Of a stretch of DNA of 44,136 nucleotides, positions 1-8,801 are shown one piece after another. The notes below the pieces were generated by a model. That model was not told the origin of the DNA and ran no database searches. It was given only the letters and a program-made list of their open reading frames with translations. The position numbers were made by a program, and so were the translations under genes. Origin of the DNA: Planctomycetota bacterium (GTDB taxonomy: Bacteria; Planctomycetota; Phycisphaerae; UBA1845); the NCBI GenBank assembly GCA_013151185.1, contig JAADIU010000187.1:2535-46670 (forward strand), given 5' to 3'. How positions within the stretch are numbered: position 1 is the first letter of the stretch; the number at the start of each line of letters is the position of its first letter.

Positions 1-1
1 A

Positions 2-854
2 CCCGTAGCCGGTTCCGCGCGGGTCCGCATCAGCTACATCATCGGGCGGCTCAACAAGTCGTTTGCGTACCGCGCCATAGCTTCCCCGGACGAGAAAATG
101 CTCACCCTGTGGCAGTATGTGCAACTGCACAATGAGGCAAACGAAGCGTTTGGCGTGGTGGGTATGTGGGCGGGCTTCGGTGAACGATTCGAGCGGCCCA
201 TCGGTATCAACGAGACCAAACAGCTTCTCTTCGCCAAGTTTCAGGACGTGCCCATCCGGAAGGTCTACACAGCCAATCTCTCGGACTACGGTTACATCGA
301 CCAGGGCAAGCGCCAGTTGCGGATTCCGATGCACTATGTGTTGAAGAACGATCGGGCGAACGGGCTCGGCTCGTTCCCGCTGATGTTCGAAAGCCAGGAT
401 TTTTCAGGACGACGGCAGGGGTAGCATCGCGTTTCTCGGTGAGGACTGGGCGCCGTTCACACCCCGCGACGACGAGTTGAAGCTCTACCTTGGCGTCGCC
501 AAGGACATCGTGGTCAAGCGAACGATCGACCGCCGCGATCAAAAGCGCGTGCTTGGCAACCTCTACGACTACGACGTGGTCATCAAATACGAGATCGAGA
601 ACTTCAAGGATCAGCCGGTCATCCTGGATCTCGCCGAATCGATGCGGGCGTTGCGAAGCGAGATTGGAGTCAACAACCAGCGCGACGTGGAATGGGAATT
701 GGTAGCTGACAGCACGTTGACCGACAAACTCGACGAAAAGAAGAGCACTGCCGATCAAGCCGTTTTCCATGTGTCGCTACCACTACGTGGGAAAGACGAT
801 AAAGCCGTCAAACAGACGCATACCATACACCTCCGTATCAAAAACGAGTGGTAA
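2..854 (+). pseudogene. DUF4139-family (MuiA-like) protein, 5' truncated by the window edge and interrupted by a +1 frame change (true pseudogene or assembly indel)
   Basis: Frame 2 is open from the window edge to TAG 422-424 (..RVRISYIIGRLNKSFAYRA..LGSFPLMFESQD). Frame 0 is open from 384 to TAA 852-854 (ARIFQDDGRGSIAFLGEDWAPFTPRDDELKLYLG..). Both halves align colinearly with the downstream paralog 894..2312 (LGSTPLPDGVVRLYRDNGRDGLSFSIEQQ..EIELNLGRD). This places a 1-nt frame change at about 383-396. Confidence 0.6.
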
Positions 855-893
855 ACGAGACGACGAGGACCGGACTTTCCGAGGGTTAATACT

Positions 894-2312
894 ATGAAGC
901 TGAATGGGATTTTGACTCTGACGTTGGCGCTTCTGGCTACGATGCCTACCGCCGCAAAGAACGTGGATCTTTCCACGATTCCACCGCGCGATACGGTGCA
1001 ACTCACGATCTACAACAGTGAAGATCTGACGCTGGTTCGGGAAACGCGAACCGTCACGTTCAAGAAAGGCGTCAATCCGCTGCAGTTTTCGTGGGCCAAC
1101 ACGCTCATCGATCCGTCGAGCGTCGACCTGCGATTCAAGACGCATGCTGGTGAACTGGAGTTACTAGACACCACGTTTCCACACGACAAACCGCAAATGC
1201 TCTATTGGGCTGTGCGTAGTGAGATGGATGGAGACGCGGAACTTGAGGTGACCTACTTCACCAGTGGGATATCTTGGTCGGCTGATTACGTCTGCATCAG
1301 CGATCCAGCCGAGGAGCTCATGTCTTTCGATGGTTTTGTACGAATTACGAACAACTCCGGTGAGGATTATGCCGACGCGCAGGTTCGCATGGTCGTGGGC
1401 ACGATCAACCTTGTGGAGAAGGTGCGAGAACTTGCGCAGCGAGGGCTCGTTAGCCGCGATGAGGCGAAGGACTATGAACGATCACGCAGGAAGGCGGGGG
1501 CTTTCAAGGCTGATGCAAAGAATGAACTGCTTAGCAAATTACGGGCTGATTTTGCCATGGCGGAGAACGCAGCAAGACAACCAAAGAAAATCGTCAAGGA
1601 GGGCTTGTCTGAGTACTTCATCTTCTCTGTGGAAGGCACCGAGACGATGAAGAACGGCTGGTCCAAACGGATGCGGCTATTCCAGGGCCACAACGTTCCA
1701 TTCCGCATTCAGTACCGCTATCGACCGCAGGAGTACGGCGAGCAGTTGGTGCGCATGTTTCTTCTCCGCAACGACACCGTCTCCAGGCTTGGCTCGACTC
1801 CGCTTCCGGACGGTGTTGTCCGGCTGTACCGCGACAACGGGCGCGACGGCTTGTCGTTCTCGATCGAACAGCAAATCAAATATGTTCCCATCGGTCAGGA
1901 GATCGAACTCAACCTGGGCCGCGATCCGGAAGTGATCCACGAGTGGGTGTCTATCCGATCCTGGCGCAACGCGTTCTGGTTTCGGCGACACGGCGCCAGC
2001 GTGTATTACGCCCCCGGCAAGGGGCATCGGATCAAGATCAACGATGCAGTGGTGGGGTGGGACGAGCATCAAGCGTGGGTTGAGCGCATTCGCAATTACC
2101 GCGACAAACCGATCGATTTGCAGATCCGCCGGAGCTTCGACGGCCATGTGGTCTTCCGCAGCAACCTCGAGCCATCGTTGAACGACTATCGCAGTCCGCA
2201 GCTAACCGCGCAAGTCGAGGCAGGCGAAAAGAAAGAACTTCGTTACGAACTCGTCTTTCATCAGGGGCACAACCAGAAGCAAACCAACGTGACCTTGGAG
2301 TCGGTCAACTGA
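894..2312 (+). CDS. Secreted DUF4139-family protein (DUF4140-like N-terminus), paralog of the upstream gene
   Basis: 472-aa ORF with GAGGG 8 nt upstream of the ATG. N-terminal signal peptide MKLNGILTLTLALLATMPTAAKN. Family-typical segments include ELEVTYFTSGISWSADYVCI and FVRITNNSGEDYADAQVRMVVG. The antisense ORFs are shorter and low-complexity. Confidence 0.85.
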   Translation: MKLNGILTLTLALLATMPTAAKNVDLSTIPPRDTVQLTIYNSEDLTLVRETRTVTFKKGVNPLQFSWANTLIDPSSVDLRFKTHAGELELLDTTFPHDKPQMLYWAVRSEMDGDAELEVTYFTSGISWSADYVCISDPAEELMSFDGFVRITNNSGEDYADAQVRMVVGTINLVEKVRELAQRGLVSRDEAKDYERSRRKAGAFKADAKNELLSKLRADFAMAENAARQPKKIVKEGLSEYFIFSVEGTETMKNGWSKRMRLFQGHNVPFRIQYRYRPQEYGEQLVRMFLLRNDTVSRLGSTPLPDGVVRLYRDNGRDGLSFSIEQQIKYVPIGQEIELNLGRDPEVIHEWVSIRSWRNAFWFRRHGASVYYAPGKGHRIKINDAVVGWDEHQAWVERIRNYRDKPIDLQIRRSFDGHVVFRSNLEPSLNDYRSPQLTAQVEAGEKKELRYELVFHQGHNQKQTNVTLESVN

Positions 2313-2420
2313 TACTGGCGCACCGGCACGATCCTATTCCGCGAAAAGCTGGACGGTTCTCTCTTGAGTTTGGGAACCCACGGCGGTACGCTGGGCGTAT
2401 CCAAATGGGGTCTGGATCTC

Positions 2421-3056
2421 ATGGCCTTCGTCGAGTTCATGGCAGCGAAGCTTGAGCGGGCGAGTCGAAACCTTGCCGCTTCATTCCGAATCACCAAGCC
2501 GACACACGCAACCCACAAACTGATTGATGGCGTAATCCTCGCAAAACGATCGGCGAACTTTCTTCTCTTGCCGGTGGTCGTCTTCCTCATCTTCGCGATG
2601 AGCTGCTCAAATCCGACGCCGCAGAACGGAGACGGAGTCATTGACAACGGCGCTAACAGCGCAAATGTCAACGATCTCTCTGGCGGCGGACTGGATCTTT
2701 CTGGTGGTGACAACGACATCTTCGTCATCGACCCTGTCGCGGAACGTCTTGTCGCGCTCAGAGGCGTCAACCATGGCAACTCGGAATACACGCGTGAGGT
2801 GCCCAACGATCAGATCGTGCTGATGTTTGATATGGGTGTCTCACACACTGAGGCGGAGGGCACAATTCGACAAATGCAAACAGACGTGGCCGACCTCGGA
2901 CTGGCGCTTGTGGGACAGATTCCCGATGTGGGAATCTACCAGTTTACGATCGGCAATGACGAGACCGATGCAGACTCGGCGATGGCGCGGTTGGATTGCG
3001 AAATCCTCATAAACCTCCGGCAGGCATCATGTGAAAATCCCGAGCCCGTTCATTGA
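2421..3056 (+). CDS. Small hypothetical protein, possible lipoprotein with a propeptide-like (I9-like) C-terminal fold
   Basis: Open frame 2364..3056. ATG codons lie at 2421 and 2439. A hydrophobic segment followed by Cys (FLLLPVVVFLIFAMSC) comes after a long N-region. The C-terminal part (QIVLMFDMGVSHTEAEGTIRQM..GQIPDVGIYQFTIG) resembles secreted-protein prodomains. The start codon is uncertain. Confidence 0.4.
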   Translation: MAFVEFMAAKLERASRNLAASFRITKPTHATHKLIDGVILAKRSANFLLLPVVVFLIFAMSCSNPTPQNGDGVIDNGANSANVNDLSGGGLDLSGGDNDIFVIDPVAERLVALRGVNHGNSEYTREVPNDQIVLMFDMGVSHTEAEGTIRQMQTDVADLGLALVGQIPDVGIYQFTIGNDETDADSAMARLDCEILINLRQASCENPEPVH

Positions 3057-3265
3057 CGTGATTCGTGCTTACCTGATCACGGACAAATAGGTGTTTGGCT
3101 TCTCAGCCCTGATACCACTGGCCGATCGGTCAGAGATTGCCAATTCAAATCTCGCCAAGTATTTTCGCAGGCGGTCCGCATCGTTTTGCACTTTGCGATG
3201 GCGCCTTGATGCTGCGAACAATCGACGGCCCGCTTCCGATATCCGTGGTACGCGCTGGCAGGCTG

Positions 3266-6200
3266 CTAGTGGCCAATCTGCTCGAGGATCGAAGGGTCCT
3301 TGATTTCATCGTCGCGCGCCAGAAGCAACGTTTTTGAAAGAACTTCGGCGGTCTTAGGATCATCATCTGCGAATGGCAAGAACAACCTGCCTCGGTATTG
3401 ACTGTGGACGGCGACGATGATCAGAATCCGTCCCGGCAACACGTTCGTTGTCGCGCTGCCCAGGTGAACGCTGTAACTGCCACGCTTCCCGTCAATCTTC
3501 ACATGATGGCCATCGATTCGGACGTTGGACAGGCGGAGCAACTGGCAGGTTTCCCTCACCAACGTGGCGCGCATTTCCACCGTCGAAGCCGACGCTTCCG
3601 GATCGACACCGCCCGCGTGGGCCACGCTGACCACCAAATCCAAATCGCGCATCGCCTCGCTGAAGAGTCGATCGGGCAAATCTGTAATCGCGACGGACTC
3701 ATGTTTGACCGTGCATCGCCGCAAGAAAACAACGCCTTCAAGCGTCAAATCCTCGATCTCAGCCGGCGTGCAGAACGCCTGCTGAAACCAAACCTGAGCG
3801 ATGAGTCTTTCGTCGTGAAACGTTTTGCGCACGCCTTCCTCCGGTGTGAAGACCCATTGCCGTTGTTTTAGTAACGCCAGTGCCTGGCGCGGGTTCACCT
3901 GATGGCCGGCGTATCGGCGCGTGAAATCGCACTTGTCCAATTCGTTTGCTGTCTTGGGATAGGTTTCGCGGAAAATCTGCTTGAAAGGTTGAACGCGCTC
4001 CGCCGAAAAACAATCGCGCTGCCACGCGCTCCATTCTCCGCGATCCAACAAATCAATCGAATGCGCGATCCGCAGCGTATCCTTTTTTCCAATCGGTTCG
4101 ACATCACCGCGATGATTCCGTAGGACTCGTCCTTTTTCCTGTGGGTATCCGATCAGTTCACCGCTGCCAACAAAGATCAGCCGCTCGACCATTGGACGCA
4201 ACATTGGATGCGCGAAGAACTCCTGCAACTCCGCGAGTGAAAACGCGTCGCCGCGACACATTGATTGCTCAAGCGATAAGCGCATCCGTGAGCGCTGACG
4301 ACGCAACTCCGTCACGCGCGAACGCATCTCGGCGATCGGTTCGTGCTTGCGCAACTTGGCCGGAACGCTCTTGAGAGTTCGCCCTTTCTTGACAACAGTG
4401 AGCTGTGGATCACCGGCTGGCGTGATCGCCAACGACACGGTCGTTTCGTCAACCGAAACTTCCACCGGACCACGTGCGAGATCGGCGACGGCCTCCGATT
4501 CCATCGCCCATTGCAGGCGCCGCGGATCACGATATCCGGCAGTGCGGGCGAGATTCTGCATGCCGATTTCGACTGCTCGGCCTTCGCTTGCTTGTCGTTG
4601 GCTGCCGAACTTGCGACTCTTGCGTTTGAACTCTTGGAGTCGTTTGTATCGATGCAGCGTTTCGGACTTGGCGTCGGTCTTGCGTGTTGGCAAAGGAACC
4701 AAGCCTAGCGCGCGCACCGAGTCCTGATGACGTTTGTCGTCGATCCGCTGCGTTAAATCGGCTGTCGTAACGCGATCGAGCATCGCCGTTGCAAAAAGCT
4801 CCGCGCGTTTGTGGCCGCCACTGCTGGAGGCGTACTTGGCCGGTTTTAGAAGGTCGTCCCATCCATCAACGCCAATGACATCCACGACGCGCTTGAACCA
4901 AGCGACATCGACGGCGCCTTCCTCCAAATCGTTTGCTTCAAGTTCGGTTCGTTCGCTGATTCGTGAGGCCCATAGGTCGCGAAACTCCGCATCCCGCCAG
5001 ACTGCGTTGTCTTTGGTGTGGGCGTGAACCCACCACACGGCGTCTTCCAGCCCCTTTGATTCAAGGGTGAATTCTGTATGGGCAGCCCATTGCGGCGCGA
5101 ACATGGCAATTTCAATCAGGCGTTTCGGCTTCATGCCGCTGGCGTCGAAGAGTGCTTTGAATCGTTCAAACGAATCTTCGTCGCCCGGTGCGGTGACCGC
5201 AATGAGATGGCTGAACGAAAACGCGCGTGTGGGGTCGCCCCACTCGTGTTGGCGAACGATCTTGTCGCGCCCCAGAGCACCGGCAAGTTTGAAAAGTACC
5301 CCCGCACCGCCCGAATACCGCAGTTCTTTGGCTGGAACACTCGCAGGCGTCATGCGCTCGCCGCGCGTTAATTCAATTTCGATGATTCTTTCGCGAACCT
5401 TATGCACCGCTTGGATTAACTTGGGGCGCCCCTCGAGTCCTTTCGGTTCGCGCAGGCCCGACAACTCTTGGAACGGTCCGAACGTATTCTGTTTCCCCAA
5501 ATAGGTCTCCTGTTCGCGCGGGTGAAGCAGCAGCCAAATCAAATCGAACTCATTGAGCAATTGTGCGTCGTAGGCCTTCACGAAGTGCTCGATCAACGGC
5601 CCCCGTTCGCAGCCATCGTGCGACCGCTCGAGCGCAACCATCGACAGCAAGCAATACCTTCGAATGCATTCTTCGGAAATATCAGACGGCTGTTGATGCA
5701 GATACGTTCGCACCATGTCAATACGGAATGCCGCCCGGTGTCGCACGCCGTGCCATGTGTTGCCCCCGTTATCTTTCTTTTCTTCTTTCGTAAAGGACTT
5801 CTTGGCGAGTACATCTTCGACATACTGAACAAGCAGTTCCGCACCGCCCTTTGGCTTGGAGAGGGCCATCATCCACTCGACCAAGAAAACGAATCCGTGA
5901 TTAAGATCCCACGCATTCTTCTTGCGAAATGCATGCGGAAGGTACGATTTGTATGAATGGCCTCGGTTCATCCACGCGACGAGTCGAACCCACTCCAAAC
6001 CGTCGGCGTCCTTGGTGATCTTTCGTCGATTCTTCAGCCAATCCAGCCAGATGTCATACAGCGGCAGGCGTTCTTTGGCGTCTTCCACCGTGTCCCGCTC
6101 GCGGTTTATTCGAGGAAACCCCGATCCCGCAGAGGCCAGCAATACCCGCTGCTTTGATGTCTCCTGAACGACTTCGATTTCCGTTTCGCCATGCTGCAGA

Positions 6201-8182
6201 AAGAGTTCGCCCAATTCCTTCAAACAGGTACATGTCGCGTTGGTTTCGAGCCTGACGTCTTTGAACTCGGGCGTGGGCAATGTCGATCGCGATTTCGGAG
6301 GAACCAGCCCAAGGCAATCGGCGAGGAACACTGTTTCGGTTTCGCCGCCAAGCAAGCGGTCGGCGGTTTCGGCCAACTCCGGTTCACTTTGCAATTCGCG
6401 GTGTCGGCGCACGACGTCGCGAACTTTGTTGCTCAAGCGGTTCGCTTCGATCAGTTGGCTGGCCAGTTCCAGACCGGCTGCGCGCTTCTTCGCATTGCGA
6501 TCGGCGAGGAGCGTGTCCGTCACCCCGACCGCGCGTTTGTTTGACAGCTTTGCGAGGCGACCAATCGCGCCGAGACGCAGCGATGCCGACGTGCGATGCA
6601 GCGCGCCCAGCAGGACTTCGACCTCATCCTCTTCAACGGGCAGATTGCCCATCGCCTCAAAGGCTGACTTGTGGACGTCCTTTCGAGCGTCGCTCAGAAG
6701 CTTCAGCATCAAGCCGCGTGCCTCGGTTGTGAGCTTTCGCCGCTTGTGCTTCTTTTGGCGCCCGTCACGCCAATCCGTACCAATGCCCGCGAGATTTTCT
6801 ACTATTTCAATGCAATCATCCGTACCGAGCGCCGCCGCAAACGGAATCATTTTTTCCGGTGAGCCCAACGTCATGGCCTTGAGCGCCGCCGCCACCCATC
6901 GGCGATCATGGTCGTACTGCACCCAAGGCCAAACGATGGGCTGGAGTTTCTTCTTCTTCGCCGGGACGCTCTCAAACAACCTCGTAGCCGCCGTGAACAT
7001 CTCGTCCGAAACGGTCTCCCACTCCATCTTCGCAAGAAAGTGCATCGTCGCCATTTGCATGCGCGGTTCGGTTTCCGCACCCGTGATGATTCGCGATGCA
7101 GCCAGGTCCACGCATTCCGGAAACAACGAGATGTTGTCCAGCGTTCTCAGAGCGACGTATCGACGCTCGACAGAATCGTCCTCCAGAAGAGATCCGGCCA
7201 ATCGAACCGCATGGTCCGCGTCCTCATAAGCCGCCACCCACAGCGCCAGAAAGGCATCCTCCGGTTCGCCCTCCGTGATTGCCCTAGCACGCGCTGATTC
7301 ATCGTCGAAGTACTCGATGAGCCGACTGATACTTGAATTGACGACTTTGGTGCTGCCTCCCGCCCAATTCATACCCAGCCAAACGTCGAAGGCACGCACA
7401 GTTGAGCTGAATCGCTCCAGGTTGTTTTCCGCGATCACACCCAGCATGTAACGAAACGCGCCCGGGTTGGATTCTTGGACGGTCTCCAGGATCGTCTGGC
7501 GCAAACCTTCCTGACGCTGGGCGGCAAGGAGCAGCTTGCTGATGACTTTCCAATCCGATCGCTCCTCAGAATTCAGCAGCGCGGTCACGACGTGCCACCC
7601 CATCTGCCCAACCTCATGCTCGCCATTGATTGAATCGACAAGCACCGATCGAACAGCCTGCGCATCAGTACCACCACCGCACAGCACTGCGCCCAGTAAC
7701 CGTCCAACCACATGTGCATCTCGACCATAGATGGGAAGATGCGGTGCCCAAATTGCGAGCCACTCGACGTCCCGATCGTGCCCATAGAGTACTTCGCAAA
7801 TCGCAAGAAAGAACTGCGCGCGGCACTTGTCGACGGTTTCCTTACGGTTGGGCGCTCGAAACGGGTAACTCAAGTAACCGAATTCGTATGGCCCTTGGCC
7901 CGCACCAAGCCACGCCCGCTCGAGGTGGGGCCCGAGTTTTGGGAATAGCCCGCGCCACAATTCCTGCCGCGTCTTGACGCTCAAGCCAGCAAAGTACTTG
8001 ACCACCTTGTCAAGGCGCTGGCGAAATGCTCGGTCGTTCTCCCAGCCCTCCGGGTCCGTAAACAACCCGCGCAGGAGCGTTCGCTTTTTCCCCGGCCATC
8101 GCGCGAGCTTGTTGAGACGTTTGTCCAGCCATTTCGGTTCGCGGAGGGATCGGATATGCAGATTAGCCTCGAAGATGTCCAT
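3266..8182 (-). CDS. 1638-aa HEAT/ARM-like repeat protein with a C-terminal DUF4132 (MolR/YehI-type) module; function unknown
   Basis: Uninterrupted 4.9-kb ORF with AAGGA 12 nt upstream of the ATG, 20 nt after the preceding gene. A DUF4132-like core lies at about nt 3959-4288 (RMRLSLEQSMCRGDAFSLAELQEFFAHPMLRPMVERLIFVG ... WSAWQRDCFSAERVQPFKQIFRETY). The family-typical tail is GSYSVHLGS..LFLPFADDDPKTAEVLSKTLLLARDDEIKDPSILEQI. No signal peptide, TM segment, Walker A or WGR motif was seen. Confidence 0.85.
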   Translation of the reverse strand: MDIFEANLHIRSLREPKWLDKRLNKLARWPGKKRTLLRGLFTDPEGWENDRAFRQRLDKVVKYFAGLSVKTRQELWRGLFPKLGPHLERAWLGAGQGPYEFGYLSYPFRAPNRKETVDKCRAQFFLAICEVLYGHDRDVEWLAIWAPHLPIYGRDAHVVGRLLGAVLCGGGTDAQAVRSVLVDSINGEHEVGQMGWHVVTALLNSEERSDWKVISKLLLAAQRQEGLRQTILETVQESNPGAFRYMLGVIAENNLERFSSTVRAFDVWLGMNWAGGSTKVVNSSISRLIEYFDDESARARAITEGEPEDAFLALWVAAYEDADHAVRLAGSLLEDDSVERRYVALRTLDNISLFPECVDLAASRIITGAETEPRMQMATMHFLAKMEWETVSDEMFTAATRLFESVPAKKKKLQPIVWPWVQYDHDRRWVAAALKAMTLGSPEKMIPFAAALGTDDCIEIVENLAGIGTDWRDGRQKKHKRRKLTTEARGLMLKLLSDARKDVHKSAFEAMGNLPVEEDEVEVLLGALHRTSASLRLGAIGRLAKLSNKRAVGVTDTLLADRNAKKRAAGLELASQLIEANRLSNKVRDVVRRHRELQSEPELAETADRLLGGETETVFLADCLGLVPPKSRSTLPTPEFKDVRLETNATCTCLKELGELFLQHGETEIEVVQETSKQRVLLASAGSGFPRINRERDTVEDAKERLPLYDIWLDWLKNRRKITKDADGLEWVRLVAWMNRGHSYKSYLPHAFRKKNAWDLNHGFVFLVEWMMALSKPKGGAELLVQYVEDVLAKKSFTKEEKKDNGGNTWHGVRHRAAFRIDMVRTYLHQQPSDISEECIRRYCLLSMVALERSHDGCERGPLIEHFVKAYDAQLLNEFDLIWLLLHPREQETYLGKQNTFGPFQELSGLREPKGLEGRPKLIQAVHKVRERIIEIELTRGERMTPASVPAKELRYSGGAGVLFKLAGALGRDKIVRQHEWGDPTRAFSFSHLIAVTAPGDEDSFERFKALFDASGMKPKRLIEIAMFAPQWAAHTEFTLESKGLEDAVWWVHAHTKDNAVWRDAEFRDLWASRISERTELEANDLEEGAVDVAWFKRVVDVIGVDGWDDLLKPAKYASSSGGHKRAELFATAMLDRVTTADLTQRIDDKRHQDSVRALGLVPLPTRKTDAKSETLHRYKRLQEFKRKSRKFGSQRQASEGRAVEIGMQNLARTAGYRDPRRLQWAMESEAVADLARGPVEVSVDETTVSLAITPAGDPQLTVVKKGRTLKSVPAKLRKHEPIAEMRSRVTELRRQRSRMRLSLEQSMCRGDAFSLAELQEFFAHPMLRPMVERLIFVGSGELIGYPQEKGRVLRNHRGDVEPIGKKDTLRIAHSIDLLDRGEWSAWQRDCFSAERVQPFKQIFRETYPKTANELDKCDFTRRYAGHQVNPRQALALLKQRQWVFTPEEGVRKTFHDERLIAQVWFQQAFCTPAEIEDLTLEGVVFLRRCTVKHESVAITDLPDRLFSEAMRDLDLVVSVAHAGGVDPEASASTVEMRATLVRETCQLLRLSNVRIDGHHVKIDGKRGSYSVHLGSATTNVLPGRILIIVAVHSQYRGRLFLPFADDDPKTAEVLSKTLLLARDDEIKDPSILEQIGH

Positions 8183-8202
8183 GATGAAAGTGTCCTTGGT
8201 GA

Positions 8203-8694
8203 TCAGGCTCCTGCCAGAAATGTCAGTCGAACGAACGTAAGGCGGCTATCGTCCTTGAGGTGTACGACTTCATCCAGCGATCGGCGCTCCACGTCGTCGA
8301 TGATGACGAGGTAGACGCCATCCTCAAAGGACTGGAGCGCGTTTCCGATCGCTTCCTCGGTATCCACACTTTGTTTCTTCTCTTTGACGGCCGGGTCTAC
8401 CTTACCTCTGGCCGTAGCGTCAACAATTTGCGATTGGGATAAGACGCGTTCGAATTGCCGGTTGCGCTCGCGACGATGAAACTGCTTGACTTCGCAGCGG
8501 ACGACATGCTCGATCACATCGCGCAGGCGGAGATCGTCTCCATCGCCCCAATCCTCCGGTGGTGGTACCGAGAAGTCATCGAGAAGCCGCTTGCGCTTAC
8601 CAAGCGCCCGAGTTGATATGCATAGCGCCAAGGCCGAACCTCGTATGGGATGCGAATGGCGTTTGGTTTCCGTCCAAAGCGAGCCCGCGTCCAT
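8203..8694 (-). CDS. 163-aa hypothetical protein, middle gene of the giant-orphan operon
   Basis: ORF lies between the two giant genes on the same strand, with gaps of 107 nt upstream and 20 nt downstream. It is an acidic/basic mixed protein ending in DGVYLVIIDDVERRSLDEVVHLKDDSRLTFVRLTFLAGA. I recognise no family. Only one Met is present, so the start is assumed. Confidence 0.55.
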   Translation of the reverse strand: MDAGSLWTETKRHSHPIRGSALALCISTRALGKRKRLLDDFSVPPPEDWGDGDDLRLRDVIEHVVRCEVKQFHRRERNRQFERVLSQSQIVDATARGKVDPAVKEKKQSVDTEEAIGNALQSFEDGVYLVIIDDVERRSLDEVVHLKDDSRLTFVRLTFLAGA

Positions 8695-8801
8695 TCAGCG
8701 TGTACAGGGCAAATGTGCGACTCTGATAGTAACATTGGAGGGGCTGCGAGAGCAACCTCGGGACGGCTATGTATGTCGTGAGGCGATTCACACGGAGCGG
8801 G

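Noticed and set aside
6240-7229. 329-aa plus-strand ORF, and several 100-160-aa ORFs inside 3266..12182 on the plus strand
   Set aside because: They are antisense or alternative-frame shadows of the two uninterrupted giant minus-strand ORFs, and their products are Ser/Arg-rich and low-complexity.
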